Source: the human T2T-CHM13v2.0 reference genome, Homo sapiens
Length of the DNA: 64,000 nucleotides
NCBI RefSeq assembly: GCF_009914755.1
Contig: NC_060939.1
Strand: one strand, 5' to 3'
Positions 1-15,257 of the stretch are shown here, piece after piece. Positions within the stretch are counted from its first letter, which is position 1. Every line of letters starts with the position of its first letter. A model generated the notes under the pieces. That model ran no database searches. It was not told where the DNA came from and worked only from the letters and a program-made list of their open reading frames with translations. Both the position numbers and the translations under genes were made by a program.

Positions 1-1500
1 TCTCGAATGTCCATTAAGTGACACCATAAGGTAGGCACTGGATTAAGTGCTGGGGATATATATATATGCAAGTTAGTCATGACTCCTGCCCCCAAGATAC
101 TCAGAATTTAATGGGGATAGACCTTGATATAGTTTGGATTTGTGTCCTCACCCAAAGCTCATGTTGAATTGTAATTCCCAATGTTGTAGGAGGGGCCTGG
201 TGGGAGGTGTTTGGATCATGGGGTGGACGTCCCCCTTGGTGCTTTTGTGACAGTGAGTGAGTTCTCATGGGATGTGGTTGTTTAAAAGTGTGTAGAATCT
301 CTCCCTTCACTCTTTCTCCTGCTCCAGCCATGTAAGATGTGCCTCCTTCCTCTTCACCTTTTTCAATGAATCGAAGTTTCCCGCAGTCTCCCCAGCCATG
401 CTTCCTGTACAGCCCACGGAACCATGAGCCAATTAAACCTCTTTTCTTTATAAATTTCCCAGTCACAGGTAGTTCTTTGTAGCAATGTGAGAACAGACTA
501 ATACAGACCTCAAACACGTAAGCAAGTATAATGTTGCAGGTGGAACATATGCTATGAGTGAGAGATAAATTGAGAGCCTACAATAATGGGATTTTATCTA
601 GTAAAAGAGGTCAAAAAGGGGTTCCTTGAGGAAGAACTACTTAAAAAAGGATAACTAGCAAAAAAGAGAAAGAGCATTCTGGACAGGGAGAACAGTATAT
701 GCAAAGGTCCTGTGGTGAGTGAAAGCAGAAAAAGCATGAGGAATGGGAAGCTGGGTAGTGCAGCAGAGGTGCAGAGAGCATAGAGGCCACTTAAGGTGAG
801 GTGAGCCTGGGGAGGTGAACATCAGCCGGGCTATGGAGGGTCATGGAAGCCAGGTGGAAGAACTTTATGTAGTTCCTAAGAGCAATGGAAAGCCCTGCAA
901 GATTCTGAGCCAGGGTGTGCATGATTTAAATATAAAAGCCATCTCTTTGCCTGTCATTTGGCAAATGGATAGGAGGAGGGCAGAGTGGACGAAAAGACTT
1001 CAGAAGTCCAGAGACAAGGAGGGTAGTGGTGCCGGAGACACACATAACTAGACAAATTCAAGAGATATCTGGAAGGGAGATTTGAATGGCCTCAGTGACC
1101 AACTGGATATGGAGTGAGGGAGAGGGAGGCAGTGAAGATGACTTTTGGGTCTCTTGCACCTACTAGCACATGACAGAGAATGCTGAATGAGCGCCAGCAT
1201 TGGGAAATGTAGACTCTGGGGTGCACTGGAGCCATTCAAGAGAAGGGGCTGGAAGGCTGCTGGATATTCCCAACTAGAGCTTAGGGGAGAGCTGGGCCAG
1301 GTGGGGAAGGCTGGACCCAAAACAGATTCTGGAGGAGCGGGCAGAGCTGGCAAAGAATTGCCTTCTCCATCATAGCAAAGGGACAGAGTATGTGTGCGCA
1401 TTTGCAGGGAGGTTTGCAAGCTCAGTAACAGGAAAATGAGGGAGTTGCTGCTTTCTGATGGCTTCTAATTTTTCTGAGTAGAAAGAGGTGAAGTCGTCTG
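1..1500 (-). mobile_element. LINE-2 fragments (antisense), split by MSTA
   Basis: Degenerate L2 3'-region motifs (taggcactggattaagtgctggggata; gggagaacagtatatgcaaaggtcctgtgg; tgaccaactggatatggag); boundaries approximate. Confidence 0.65.
125..505 (+). mobile_element. MaLR solo LTR, MSTA-like
   Basis: TGATATAGTTTGGATTTGTGTC start, ATTAAA signal, ...CTAATACA end; perfect 5-bp TSD gacct at 120-124 and 506-510. Confidence 0.9.
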
Positions 1501-2325
1501 CTTTTAGTGAAAAAAGAGGAAGCTGGGTGGAAGGCTGTGGGAAATTGGCAGGGAAGGTTTAAAATGATGTTGGAGAATAATGAAACAGGGAAACGTTTGC
1601 ATTATGTGAACTGAAAAATAGAAAGTTACAAAATAGAAGGTATGTATGACTTTAATTTTGGGCAGAAAAAGTAAAATGGTAACGTACACATAAGTACATA
1701 TACATATATACATATCTATATGCTCATATACACACTTCATGATTAGTTGGACTCTAAGCAATTTAAAATACTTTGTTCTTTTCTTCATTTTCTAAATTTG
1801 CAAAAATAAACATGTATTGCTCCTGCAATAAAAACCTCTTATTTCTAAAAAAGTTTATAAAACCCTTTGCTTTCATTCTTTTTATTGAGGACTTGTATAT
1901 TATTAATTTGAAAAATTATTGTTAAACCTTTTTTAGCTTAAAATAGCAAAATAACAACAACAACAACAAGTATTTGTTGACAAGAAATGTCTTTAGCTTA
2001 AAGTGCTCTAGTAGAGGCCATGCTAATTTTAAGGCGATATTCTCATTCTCTAAAGTTAGAGCTCATCTGCCTGCAGGTCTATGACAGTGAAATCTTTGCT
2101 GCCTGGTGCAGACCCAATCAGTGACTGAGAAAGCCTAGCCAGTGTGGTAGCCTGAGGGCAGCAGACCTGCACCTACTCAAAGAGCTAAATTCCAAGCACA
2201 CTGGCGGCATCTTTGCTAACTCTGATGATTTCGATTAGCAGAATAATTTTTTAAAAATTGTACAGGCGTGAACACATTATGTTATGTTATTATTTCCAAC
2301 AATACTAAGTTATTAAATGTTGTAA

Positions 2326-2775
<450 letters not shown>

Positions 2776-2814
2776 GACTCAACAAATTTTAATGGCTCAA
2801 CACTTAAAGTAATA

Positions 2815-2920
2815 CAGAGAGATTAAGGCACTTGCCCCTTGGTCACACAGCTAGGAAATTAAAAGACCAGCATGGCCAGCCCAGGCAATTTGACTTCAGA
2901 ACACTTGTTCCTCACCTCTT
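2815..2920 (-). mobile_element. MIR fragment
   Basis: attaaggcacttgccccttggtcacacagctag matches antisense MIR core. Confidence 0.6.
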
Positions 2921-3482
2921 TCCTATATTCCCATCTAACATGCTAAGACACCTCTGAAATGTTGTTTCTTCTCACTCTTTCTCATACTTGGGAGGGTGAT
3001 GTGTATATGTTCTTGCTCCAGTATGGAGCTAATTGGAGACATGGAAACGGTACATCACTAATACATCAAATGTTCTATAGATCTATGAAATTAGCTTTTC
3101 CTAAGCAGTATCTGTGAAATCACAGGTTAGCTGGGCTACACATAGCTAATATGCATTAAAATAAATGCATAAGTGCCATAAAAAGTGTTTCCACTTGTAC
3201 CACCCAAAACCATCTCGTGTGTGACAAACTTAGGGAGGGGAACCATTAAATCTCGAGCCTGGGCAGTGTATGTGCAGACCCTGTTCTGGAATCCTCCATG
3301 GGGCAGAGCAGACAGGCCCTTGTTTCACGCACAGCCTGCCTCTTCCAAGGATGGCACGATGACCTTCACGTACTTTGCCCATAAAATGGCACAAGGTGCC
3401 TGAGAGAGCCTTCCAGGATGCAAACTTGGGTCGGCAGGGCCTGACCAAATGCTGGAGAGGTACCTGAACAGGACCTCTAACT

Positions 3483-3534
3483 CCACCCTCTGCCGGCCCC
3501 ACCCTCTGCTACCCCCGCCCCTAACCCCGCCCCC
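3483..3534. promoter_or_regulatory. Cluster of CACCC and GC boxes; G-quadruplex motif on minus strand
   Basis: ccaccctctgc x2, ccccgcccc at 3513 and 3525; minus strand reads G5-C-G4-TTA-G4-C-G5; function unproven. Confidence 0.35.
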
Positions 3535-4932
3535 TTTGCCTCCTGCCCCGATTGCCCAGCCATGGAGTTTGAGATGGAAAGAAGGGAGGATGCCACGCTT
3601 TCCGAGATGGCACTGGCGTCAGTGCTTCCACAAGAACTCCTGACAGAAGAGGCGAAGAGGCTGACTGCACAGTCCTTTCAACCAAAATGCAGTGTTTTGT
3701 CAGTATCAGCCCTGGGAGGAAACTGCTTGGGCCGAGTTAAAGTTAAGAATCTGACTTAATCCCTAAATCTGGCAACATAAAGGGTGTAGACACCCAGGCC
3801 TAGCCGTGACTGGGCCTTTTCCTGGAATGGTCTGTGAGCTTCGGGTAGCAGACAGCCCTGGTCTGGCGCTGGCTCTGTCACTTCGTAGGCATGTACCCTT
3901 GGCTACAAATTTTTTAGTTCCAAATTTCCTAATATGCCAAATGGGGCTGAAACACCGTACGCACATGGCTCTCCTTCCAGAACTCCTGCCTTCAGACCCA
4001 ATATTTATTTAAGAGTAATGAAGAGTGAGAATAAGTCAACTCATTCCACCAACCTGTGACTTTTATCCAACATTCTATTACCAAGTGTAAAAAGTGCGTG
4101 TACGACAAAGTCCTCTGACTTTGGAAAGCTTACTAATTGACTGTACTCCCCTTTCAAAACAGTCCATTTATGTAGCACTTTTTTCAGTCTCAAAGTTCTT
4201 TCCCTTAAGCGATCTCATAAACCCTAACAAGTTTGTCATAGAAATAATTTTCCTGCTACTTACTTACAAATCTTCCAGCCATGAGATAGCCAATATCCTC
4301 CCGCTCTCCCTCCCCCACCCCATTGGCATCTGCTACACACAAACTCTTACCCAGACACCCATTCACCTGACTTACATCGAGCCCATCTTTTTTCTTCTGT
4401 GTCTCTAGCTGAACTGCTGTGAGAGACACTGACGGTGTTGAGGTTGAAGGCTACTTGTCAGGGAGATCCTGAGAAAGTTAAAGGGCCAGGTAGGAGAATG
4501 AACTAGTGTTCCCCAAGTGTGAATTTCTGACCGGAGAGACAAACATATGCTGTCCATCAGCTTGATGGTATTTGCTCCACTTCCTGCCTCTACCTCACTA
4601 GTGGTTGACATCTTCAGCAAACAGTGGGAAGTTCCTTTCCTACAGAATCACGTGGGCTGAGAAACCCTTTGACAATAAGGATGCACTAAGCTACTCCAAT
4701 TTCGGGAGATAATATATGGAGAAAATAAAATTACTTGCTGCATTTAATTTTGTATCTAACTGAACTAGAACATTTGTAATTAAAAACACTTTAAATGAAT
4801 CCAGTAAATTATTAAAAGTTATGGCTAGCGAAGCAATATTGTGATCAGTGGTAGCGAGAACAATTTAACCAGGAGAGGGGCTTGTTTGGGAGAGATGTGG
4901 GGCTGAAAAAAGTTTATAAGATGCAGAAGTGA

Positions 4933-5520
<588 letters not shown>

Positions 5521-7189
5521 CTGTATTCTTTGCCCTGTGGTATCTCATACCTGGAAGGCAGGCAGGGAACAGAGGAGAAAGGTTGAGGCTGAATCGTTAC
5601 ATAAGTGCAAGGGCCCCAGGGTCCTGAGTGGCACCTGAGAAGAGAGGAGCCCAAGCTATTAGGCCGTAAAATACACTGCCTGGTGTCTGCCACATAGTAG
5701 ATTCTCCATAAGTGTTGAACTGAAATCAAGCATAATTACCTGAGCTATCAGCCCTTTCTCTCTAGTTCATCAACATTTCTCTCAATTCTTTGATTTTGTC
5801 AAACTTGGTAAACCACGGAAAATGTGTACTTCTTAAAAAAAAAAAAAAGAAAAGAAAAAGATTGTCCAGTTCATGGAACACTGCAACAAGACATGTGAGA
5901 AGAGATCTTACTAGTGTTTAACTCAAAATCCCGAGAGGCTTGCGCAGAGGCTGGAGCCCAGCAACCATTGCTTGTCCTTAGAGCCCATTTAAGGGGCACC
6001 CTCCTATCATCACCCATTAGCTTTCTCCCGGTGAAGCATGAATATTTTCACAGTGAAGCTCAGGTCTAACTGTGACACTCTCACTGCCCACAAAATGCAC
6101 AGGATTCCAGTGAGCAAATAGCCCCGCCCTGAGTCTACCCGGCATCGGCCACAGGCATGCATAGCAGGAACTGGGCGGCTGAGTTCACAGGCAGTCAGAA
6201 TGGGTGCTGCTGCTAGCAAGGTTAAAATCATCTGTTCTGCCAATGTCCCCCTCTGCTCACCCTCTAGGCTGTGGTCTGGGTCCCTCAGGATAGCCACAAC
6301 TTGGGAGGCAGCCACTGCTCCCCTTGCTTTGGGGCCTTAGCTGCGTCCTGTTTACCTTCACCTTCCTGATACATTCCTTGGGTGCTTTGCTTGTGTGTGC
6401 AGGGGCTTTGATCAACTCGGCCTTCCTGGGCCTCGGGGAGAGAGACGGACTGCCTCCGGGTGCTCATGACCTTTCCAGCAGTAAGCCAATAATGTATGAC
6501 TCCTGCGTTGCCGTTGCTCGTTTGAGGTAACCACCCCATTTTCATTTCTATCAGAAATGCCTTTTTCAAATGTCAGTATGTTTGAGAGTTAGGCTTAGAT
6601 TCTAAGCCCAGCAGGCAGAGATGAGTGTTGGAGCTGGGGCCTGGGAACAAGCGGCCCTGAGTGGCACCAACTCTACCAGTCCTTACACCAGCAGGCTTAG
6701 AGCAGAACAACCAGGTGGGGACAGCCAATAGGAGTTGGGTAACTTTTCCATGTTGGCCAGTGTGCCCCACAGTCTAGCATTTGCACAGTCCTACCCTAGC
6801 TTATATACCTGTTCTGCTTCACCCAGTTCAATGGCTCCCTACAGCCTGTAGGACAAAGGTCAGCTTCCCTCTGGCACCCAAAGACCTCTGGGCCCTGACC
6901 TTGTAGAGCTCTGTTTCTGGGGCTGCTCATTTTTCTCTCTCTTGCACCCCATGCAGCAGCTATCATGAGTGATGTACTGTTCCTTGGCAGTAAACTAGAC
7001 TGTTCCCTGGGCCATGCTACTTCCGCTGCTTGGATGCCCCTTCCTGGTTTCTTCTTCTGGTTCAACTTACTCATCTATCAGTGCCGGGTTTAGCTCTACC
7101 TCCATCTGAGAACATGTCTCTGACTGTGAAGGTTGGATTAGCCCAGTCTGCTTCCAACTCTCATGGGATGTATAAAGAATGGGAGGTTC

Positions 7190-7350
7190 TAAAAAGTAGC
7201 ATCAAGACATCAGAGAGACCAAGGTTCAAATCTTGGCTCTCACATTATTAATCATGTCATTTTGGGCAAAGCGTTAGCTTCTCTGGGCTTCAGTTTCACC
7301 ATATGTAAAATGAGGGTATTAACAGTATTTGCCTTAGAAGATTGTTTTGA
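7190..7350 (+). mobile_element. MIR fragment
   Basis: ggttcaaatcttggctct...ttgggcaa...cagtttcaccatatgtaaaatgagg. Confidence 0.75.
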
Positions 7351-7380
7351 GGCCTGGGGAAGTCCATGTCTATAAAGGGC

Positions 7381-7828
7381 TATAGTGGGTTGAATTGTAG
7401 CCCTTTAAAGAAATGTCCACTGGGGACTTCAGAATGTAACCGTATTTGGAAGAAAGATTTTTGCAGATGGAATTAAGGATCTCGAGATGAGATTTCCTTG
7501 GATTTAGGATGTGCCCTAAATTCAATGACAGGTTCCTTATAGAGAAAGGCAGAGGTAGATTTAAGAAAAAGAGACACAGAAGAAGGTTATGTGAAGATGG
7601 AGGCAGAAACTGGAGTGACACAGCCACAATTCAAGAAACGTCTGGAGCCACCAGAAGTGGGAAGAGGCAGGGAAGGATTCTCCTCTAGAGTCTTTGGAGA
7701 AAGTGTGGCCTTGCTGATATCTTGGTTTTGGACTTCTAGCTTCCAGAACGGTGTGAGAATGAATTTCTGTTGTTTTAGGCCACGAAGTTTGTGGTGATTT
7801 GTTACGGTGGCCCTGGAGAACTGACACA
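7381..7828 (+). mobile_element. MaLR solo LTR, MLT1C-like
   Basis: tatagtgggttgaat start, ...ctgacaca end, TSD agggc/agggt. Confidence 0.85.
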
Positions 7829-8739
7829 AGGGTGCGTAGCATATTGTGGATACTCCATGAAGGTGACCTGACAGTATTGCTATTGTTTTGATGGCTCTGT
7901 GTTAAATTTGTCTTCTTTGAGGTGTGTCTGTCTACCCCATGTCACCTGCCCCCAAAATTTCAGCATGTGTTTTTCTTAACTTGTGTTTTCAATGCTTTGC
8001 ACAATGTCTGGCACATAGTAGGTACTCAGGAATGATTTTGGGCAAGGACATGCTGATGTGGTACTGTCACCTGGAGGGGACTATACTTCCTCTTTGGCTA
8101 TCCTGTGATCACACATCCTGAGGGTTCTCTGCTTGGTCATTGACCCTTTGATGACTTGAACGTTCGGGTTCAGTGTTAGTAGTCTGTGGTGCCCAGTGGC
8201 AGTGCAGTAACCAGCAGAAGGGTGGGATACCCACTGGTCTCTCAATGGATGGGCACCAGGGGATGCAGCAACAGTGCTGGGCTTATCCTCCAGGGGGAGG
8301 GTATTGCCCCATGAAGAGAGGCTGGGACCGGGGAAAAGGTGCCAAATGGTAGCTGAGCAGGCTAGTGGGTGTGCGTGGTTGATGGATGAGCTTCTGGGGA
8401 CCAGCGTCAGTGAGTGGCTTGCCATGGTCACATAGATACTTTATGGCATCACAGTGCGACTGTACAGCACTGGGGTTCAGTGGGCTCTGGGGACCAAAAC
8501 CCTGGGCTCACAGCCCAGGCCGACATGCTCCTGCCTGCACTCTAAGCCTGTGGAGATGGTGATAAAACCACCAACATTGAGACTAGGAATTTGAGGTTTA
8601 GAGAATTTGAATGATTTGACAGAGGTTGCTTAGGAAGTGGTAGTGCCAAAATTTAAATCCAGTTCTTGTTCATAATGTCTGGGCTTAGCAGGGGAGTAAG
8701 TAAGGAGGGGACAGTGGCCTGAAAGATGATGATTGTGTT

Positions 8740-9560
<821 letters not shown>

Positions 9561-10699
9561 TCCCAAATCTCCTCCCTTTTATATTAACTGTTAAGATATT
9601 ATTAATATTAATTTATATAATTAATATTATATTATGAAGATACACTTTGTTAACCAATATTATTATTAGTATATCTTGTTAGACTGGTAGCAGAAGGGAA
9701 CTTTTACTTTCCTTTTCACACTCACCTTTGATTTTGTTCTATGATCCTGTATAATTTTAATTAAAACTAAACAAACCTTTAAAAGCTGATATGTCACAAA
9801 CTATGTGGCAGGCCTGTCATTAGGACTATATGTCCATTTGGGATTAGGATTCACCCTTCCCACCCTTGTGCTGGCTCTTGAGTTGCTACCCTAGGATGTT
9901 CTCATTGCTTCGTCAGTTGACATCTTGCAGCCCTATCATTTATACACTAAGAGATACGAGGTGAACATGCGACCACAAGGATCACTACCACTGGTCTTCA
10001 TATTTTTGAATCAGTGACAAAGTATGGTGGCTATAGTGCTTTTTGAGGGTACCAGTAGTATCTTTTGAGGTTAAGAAAACCTTTATCCAGAGGTTGCAAG
10101 CTAGAACTTCTAGGGCAATTTTTTTTCTCCATCCACAATATTTTTTGAAATTTTGGATCTGAATGTCTAATTATCTCCAGCTGGCCAATACCCCACAATT
10201 CCCAAATTATAACTGTCTTATACCTGGCTGGATACACACATATAGGTTTGCAGAATGGTTCCCGAAGACATTTGAGTTGGTCACGCTGCATCCTTTGATA
10301 AAAGCAGACCTGTGGCACTAGGCCACAAAGGGCTACATTCTAGAAAGAAACAAAGATAAAGTGGAGTGGGACACATTTGCCTTCTTTCTTCCCAAAGCAC
10401 AAGCCAGCACAGGCCCCATCATCTCCAGAATCAAGTCCAAGTTGCCTTTGTTTGATTTTCAGAGTCTCTTGGCCTAGTATCAGTCTGCTTCTTAGCTTTA
10501 CCTGTCAGTGCTACACTCTCCTCCTGTACTCACCCACCCCACCCAACCTTTGTTCTGGTCACACCCAAGCGGTTCAAGGCCCCCTAGCTGGCCCTTCTTC
10601 ATCTTCGCTGAAATGGCATTCCAGGTTAGCTCTGTTACAGCAGTCATTGTGTACTGGGAAGTGGCAGGATACAAGATGCACAGGTCATGAATAAGGGGT

Positions 10700-10945
10700 C
10701 CCCAGCTATATTTGAGCCCACACATCCATTTTGTTTGGCCCACAGGATGTTTGAAAATATTTGAATTGCCAACCTCTAACACCCTGGAGTTTTCACATAA
10801 AATTCTAGATTTTCAGCTTTTCTTAGAAAATGAATGATCTGAAAATTCTAGATTTTCAGCTTTTCTTAGAAAATGAATGATCTGGCAACACTGGGTCCAT
10901 ATTCCTGTGAAGCCACACACAGGGGCATCTGAGTAGCTACCGCTC
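10700..10945. mobile_element. hAT-type DNA transposon relic, MER103C-like
   Basis: gatctggcaacactgggtccatattcc resembles recalled MER103C consensus. Confidence 0.55.
10799..10884. repeat. Perfect 43-bp tandem duplication
   Basis: aaaattctagattttcagcttttcttagaaaatgaatgatctg occurs twice with no mismatch. Confidence 0.97.
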
Positions 10946-10950
10946 CTTTA

Positions 10951-11508
<558 letters not shown>

Positions 11509-11644
11509 TCAAATATCAGGTCTCACTGAATAATTGCTAAGAATCTGTCTAGTCCATCCCTTGTTCTCTCTCCTGTAGCACCATCCTAGTTCAGGACCAC
11601 ATTAGTTCCACCTGGAGGACTTGTGCTCATTCCTTAGGGCCTTG

Positions 11645-12165
11645 CTAATCTAAGTGTGGCTGCAAGACTAGGGACATCAGCACCTAGGGCCTCCCTTAGA
11701 CAGGTAAGACCTCAGACCTCACCCTAGACCTACTGACTAGGAATCTGCATATTAACAAGATCTCCAGCTGATTCCTATGCACATTCAATTTTGAGAAGCA
11801 TTCCTCTCAGGCAGTGGTTCTTGACCTCGTCTGTGCATTACAATCACCTGGGGAGCATTAAAAAATGCTTTAGTTTCTGGCAGCACCCAAACCAATTAAA
11901 TCCAATCTCTAGGGGTGGGACCCAGCCATCGGAGTTTATTAGAACTCTCCAGGTGATTCCAATTTGCAGAAAATCAGTGCTTTAGGACACAGGTTCTCAA
12001 AACTGGCTGCCCGTTAGACTCACCTGGAGATCTTTTGCAACTTCCTAAAACCAAGCTGCATCCCAGGCCGATTACATCAACGTCTGGGGGCCAGTCAGAC
12101 ACAGGTATCTACACTGGTGAAATTTCCCAGGTGATTGTAGAATGCAGCCAGAATTGAGATCCAGT
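11645..12165. mobile_element. Three adjacent MER5-family hAT MITEs within an L2 remnant
   Basis: cagtggttct/caggttctca termini, aatcacctgggga and ccaggtgatt internal motifs repeated in three ~170-bp units. Confidence 0.7.
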
Positions 12166-12931
12166 GTTTTGGGACTCCGCTCAGGAATCTTTCATTTCTG
12201 GAGACCCCCTCACAATATGTCCCCTACTCCAGCGATGCCCAGCCTCCATGGTGCCCTATGCATATTGCACCATCTCTCTAATTATCTAGTACGTACCTGC
12301 CCTCACCCACCCCATTTGGTTGGGAGCTCCTGGAAAATAGGGACTACGTTTTACGTTTCTTTTTCTTATGCCTTGCACAATGCCTGATATTTACAATACA
12401 CTCATCAAGAGGTTATTAATTTCTTATTGCTTTTATTATTATTCCAATCCTGAGAGCTGTGTAAGGCAAATAAATCTCGAGACCTCAAAATCACTAAGTC
12501 AGGGGAAAAGTCAAACTGGGAACTATGTCAGACAGACCTGCCTCCCATTTTATTCCTAAATAAGATAGGTACAGAGTTAAGAAGCGACATACCTCCTTCA
12601 CAATTTTCCACAAGGAAATTCCTTGTGGACAAAGGACAGACAGAACTCAAAGTCATCCCTGCTGAGGCTCACCAGAGACAAACGCATATTTGATTGCTTC
12701 CTCTGCCTTATTTTTTATGTAATAATGCAGATTCACTGACCCAGTCTAAATGGTGTATTCAGTGGAAGGCTGATCAAGGACTCAAAAGAATGCAACCTTT
12801 CGTCTCTTATCTACTTCTAACCTGAAAGACCCCACTTCAAGTTGTACTGTCCTGCCTTATCGGACAGAGCCAATGTTCATCTTGCACATATTGATGTCTC
12901 ATGTCTCTCTAAACTGTAAAAAAGCAAGCAT

Positions 12932-13552
<621 letters not shown>

Positions 13553-14103
13553 GGCAAGCTGTACCTCGACCACCTTGGGCACATGTCATCAGGACCTCCT
13601 GAGGCTGTGTCACAAGTGTGTCCTTAACCCTGGCAAAATAAACTTTCTTAATTGATGGAGACCTGTCTCTAATATTTTGAGTTAACAGAGTCTATGGTGA
13701 GAGTTGTAGTAAGGAAAGCTCACCCTGGTGCAGGGGACGCTGGATGATGGCAAAGTCTGGAGGCAGCAGAGCAGCTAGGAGGCTGTTCCAATGGTCCAGG
13801 TAGAAGGTGATGAACAACTGAACGAGTGTGGTGGCAAATGGGGAAATAGGGCAGAGGCCCAATGGCAAGGGCATCATGAGGTAGAATCAGTAGCTATATT
13901 AGTTGGCTGGGCTGCTATAATTTATCATGTCACAGTTCTGGAGGCTAGAAGTCCATGATCAAGATGTGGCAGGGTTGGTTCCTTCTGAGAGCCGTGCGGA
14001 TGAATCTGTTCCATGCCTCTCTTCTAACTTCTGGCGGCTTGCTGGCAATCTTTGGTGTTCCTTGGCTTGTGGCACATCACTCTGCCTTCATCTTTCTATG
14101 GTG

Positions 14104-14106
<3 letters not shown>

Positions 14107-14144
<38 letters not shown>
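14107..14144. repeat. (TG)n microsatellite
   Basis: About 19 uninterrupted TG units. Confidence 0.97.
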
Positions 14145-14147
<3 letters not shown>

Positions 14148-14217
14148 ATTTCCTCTTTTTATAAGGACACTGGTCAAATTGGATTAGGGCCTCGTCGCTC
14201 CAGCATGACTCTCATCT

Positions 14218-15257
14218 TGTTACCAGCAGAAGTTATCCAAGTCACCAGCGGTGAATCCGTAAGGGTCTGCGGCAACCTTGATCCTTGCCTCTTCAGAAGA
14301 AAGAATTCGATTGAAGGGCGTGAGGCAGAAGAAGAGATGGAGGCAAGTTTTAGAGCAGGAGTGAAAGTGTATTAAAAAGCTTCAGAGCAGGAATGAAAAG
14401 GAAGTCAAGTGCACTTGGAAGAGGGCCAAGTGGACATTTTGGAGGTCAAGTGCGGCATGTGGCCTTTGACTTAGGGTTTTACACATCGGCATACTTCTCC
14501 GTCCTGTGTCCCTTTTCTTTGATCCTTCCCTTAGGGTGACCGGCCCACATGAGCCATGGGCTGCTAGCGCTTGAGAGGTGAGCATGCGCAGTGTGTTGAC
14601 TGGAGTCGCAAGCATCCTCTCCTGAGGCCTTCTTCCCTTTTCTGCTGAAATGCCCCCGGAAGGTCATCCTCTGCCATTTTGCCTCATAATGCACATGCTG
14701 GAGCCCAAGCCCAATTCCTGAGATCTTATTAAGAAGCTGTCGGCCGGGCATGGTGGCTCATGCCTGTAATCCCAGCACTTTGGGAGGCCGAGGCGGGCGG
14801 ATCAAGAGGTCAGGAGTTCAAGACCAGCCTGATCAACATGATGAAACCCCGTCTCTACGAAAAATACAAAAATTAGCTGGGTGTGGTGGTGTGCCCCTGT
14901 AAATCCCAGCTACTCAGGAGGCTGAGGCAGGAGAATCACTTGAACCCAGGAGGCGGAGGTAGTGGTGAGCCAAGATCATGCCGAGCCAAGATCGCGCCAC
15001 TGCACTACAGCCTGGGCGACAGAGCGAGACTCCATCTCGGGAAAAAAAAAAAAAAAAAAAAAAAGAAGAAGAATCTGTTGATCACCAATTTCAGGTGTTT
15101 TCTATCTACAGGGAAATTGCCTTTCCCTAGTGCTGGCTGTCACAGTGTGACAACTGCCTGACCATCACCTGGTGGCCACCTGACTTTCCTGTTGGGGTGT
15201 GGGTTCGGGGAGCCCTCTTCTGTCCCGCTCATGCCTAACTAGCTACCTTCTGTAACA
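14218..15257 (-). mobile_element. ERV1 solo LTR, MER61 family
   Basis: Minus strand starts tgttacagaaggtagctagttaggcatgagcggg like recalled MER61; TG..CA ends; TSD atct/acct. Confidence 0.75.
14742..15068 (+). mobile_element. AluSg-like inside MER61
   Basis: Full-length; TSD aagaagctgt/aagaatctgt; internal 16-bp duplication at 14967-14998. Confidence 0.92.

Noticed and set aside
101-517. 138-aa minus-strand ORF
   Set aside because: Lies almost entirely within the MSTA LTR; no coding hallmarks
6330-6540. Hydrophobic 68-aa ORF and possible small exon (6403-6480)
   Set aside because: Non-ATG start, weak acceptor and no recognisable homology
9603-9629. AT-only palindrome with 11-bp arms
   Set aside because: Short and expected in low-complexity AT-rich sequence
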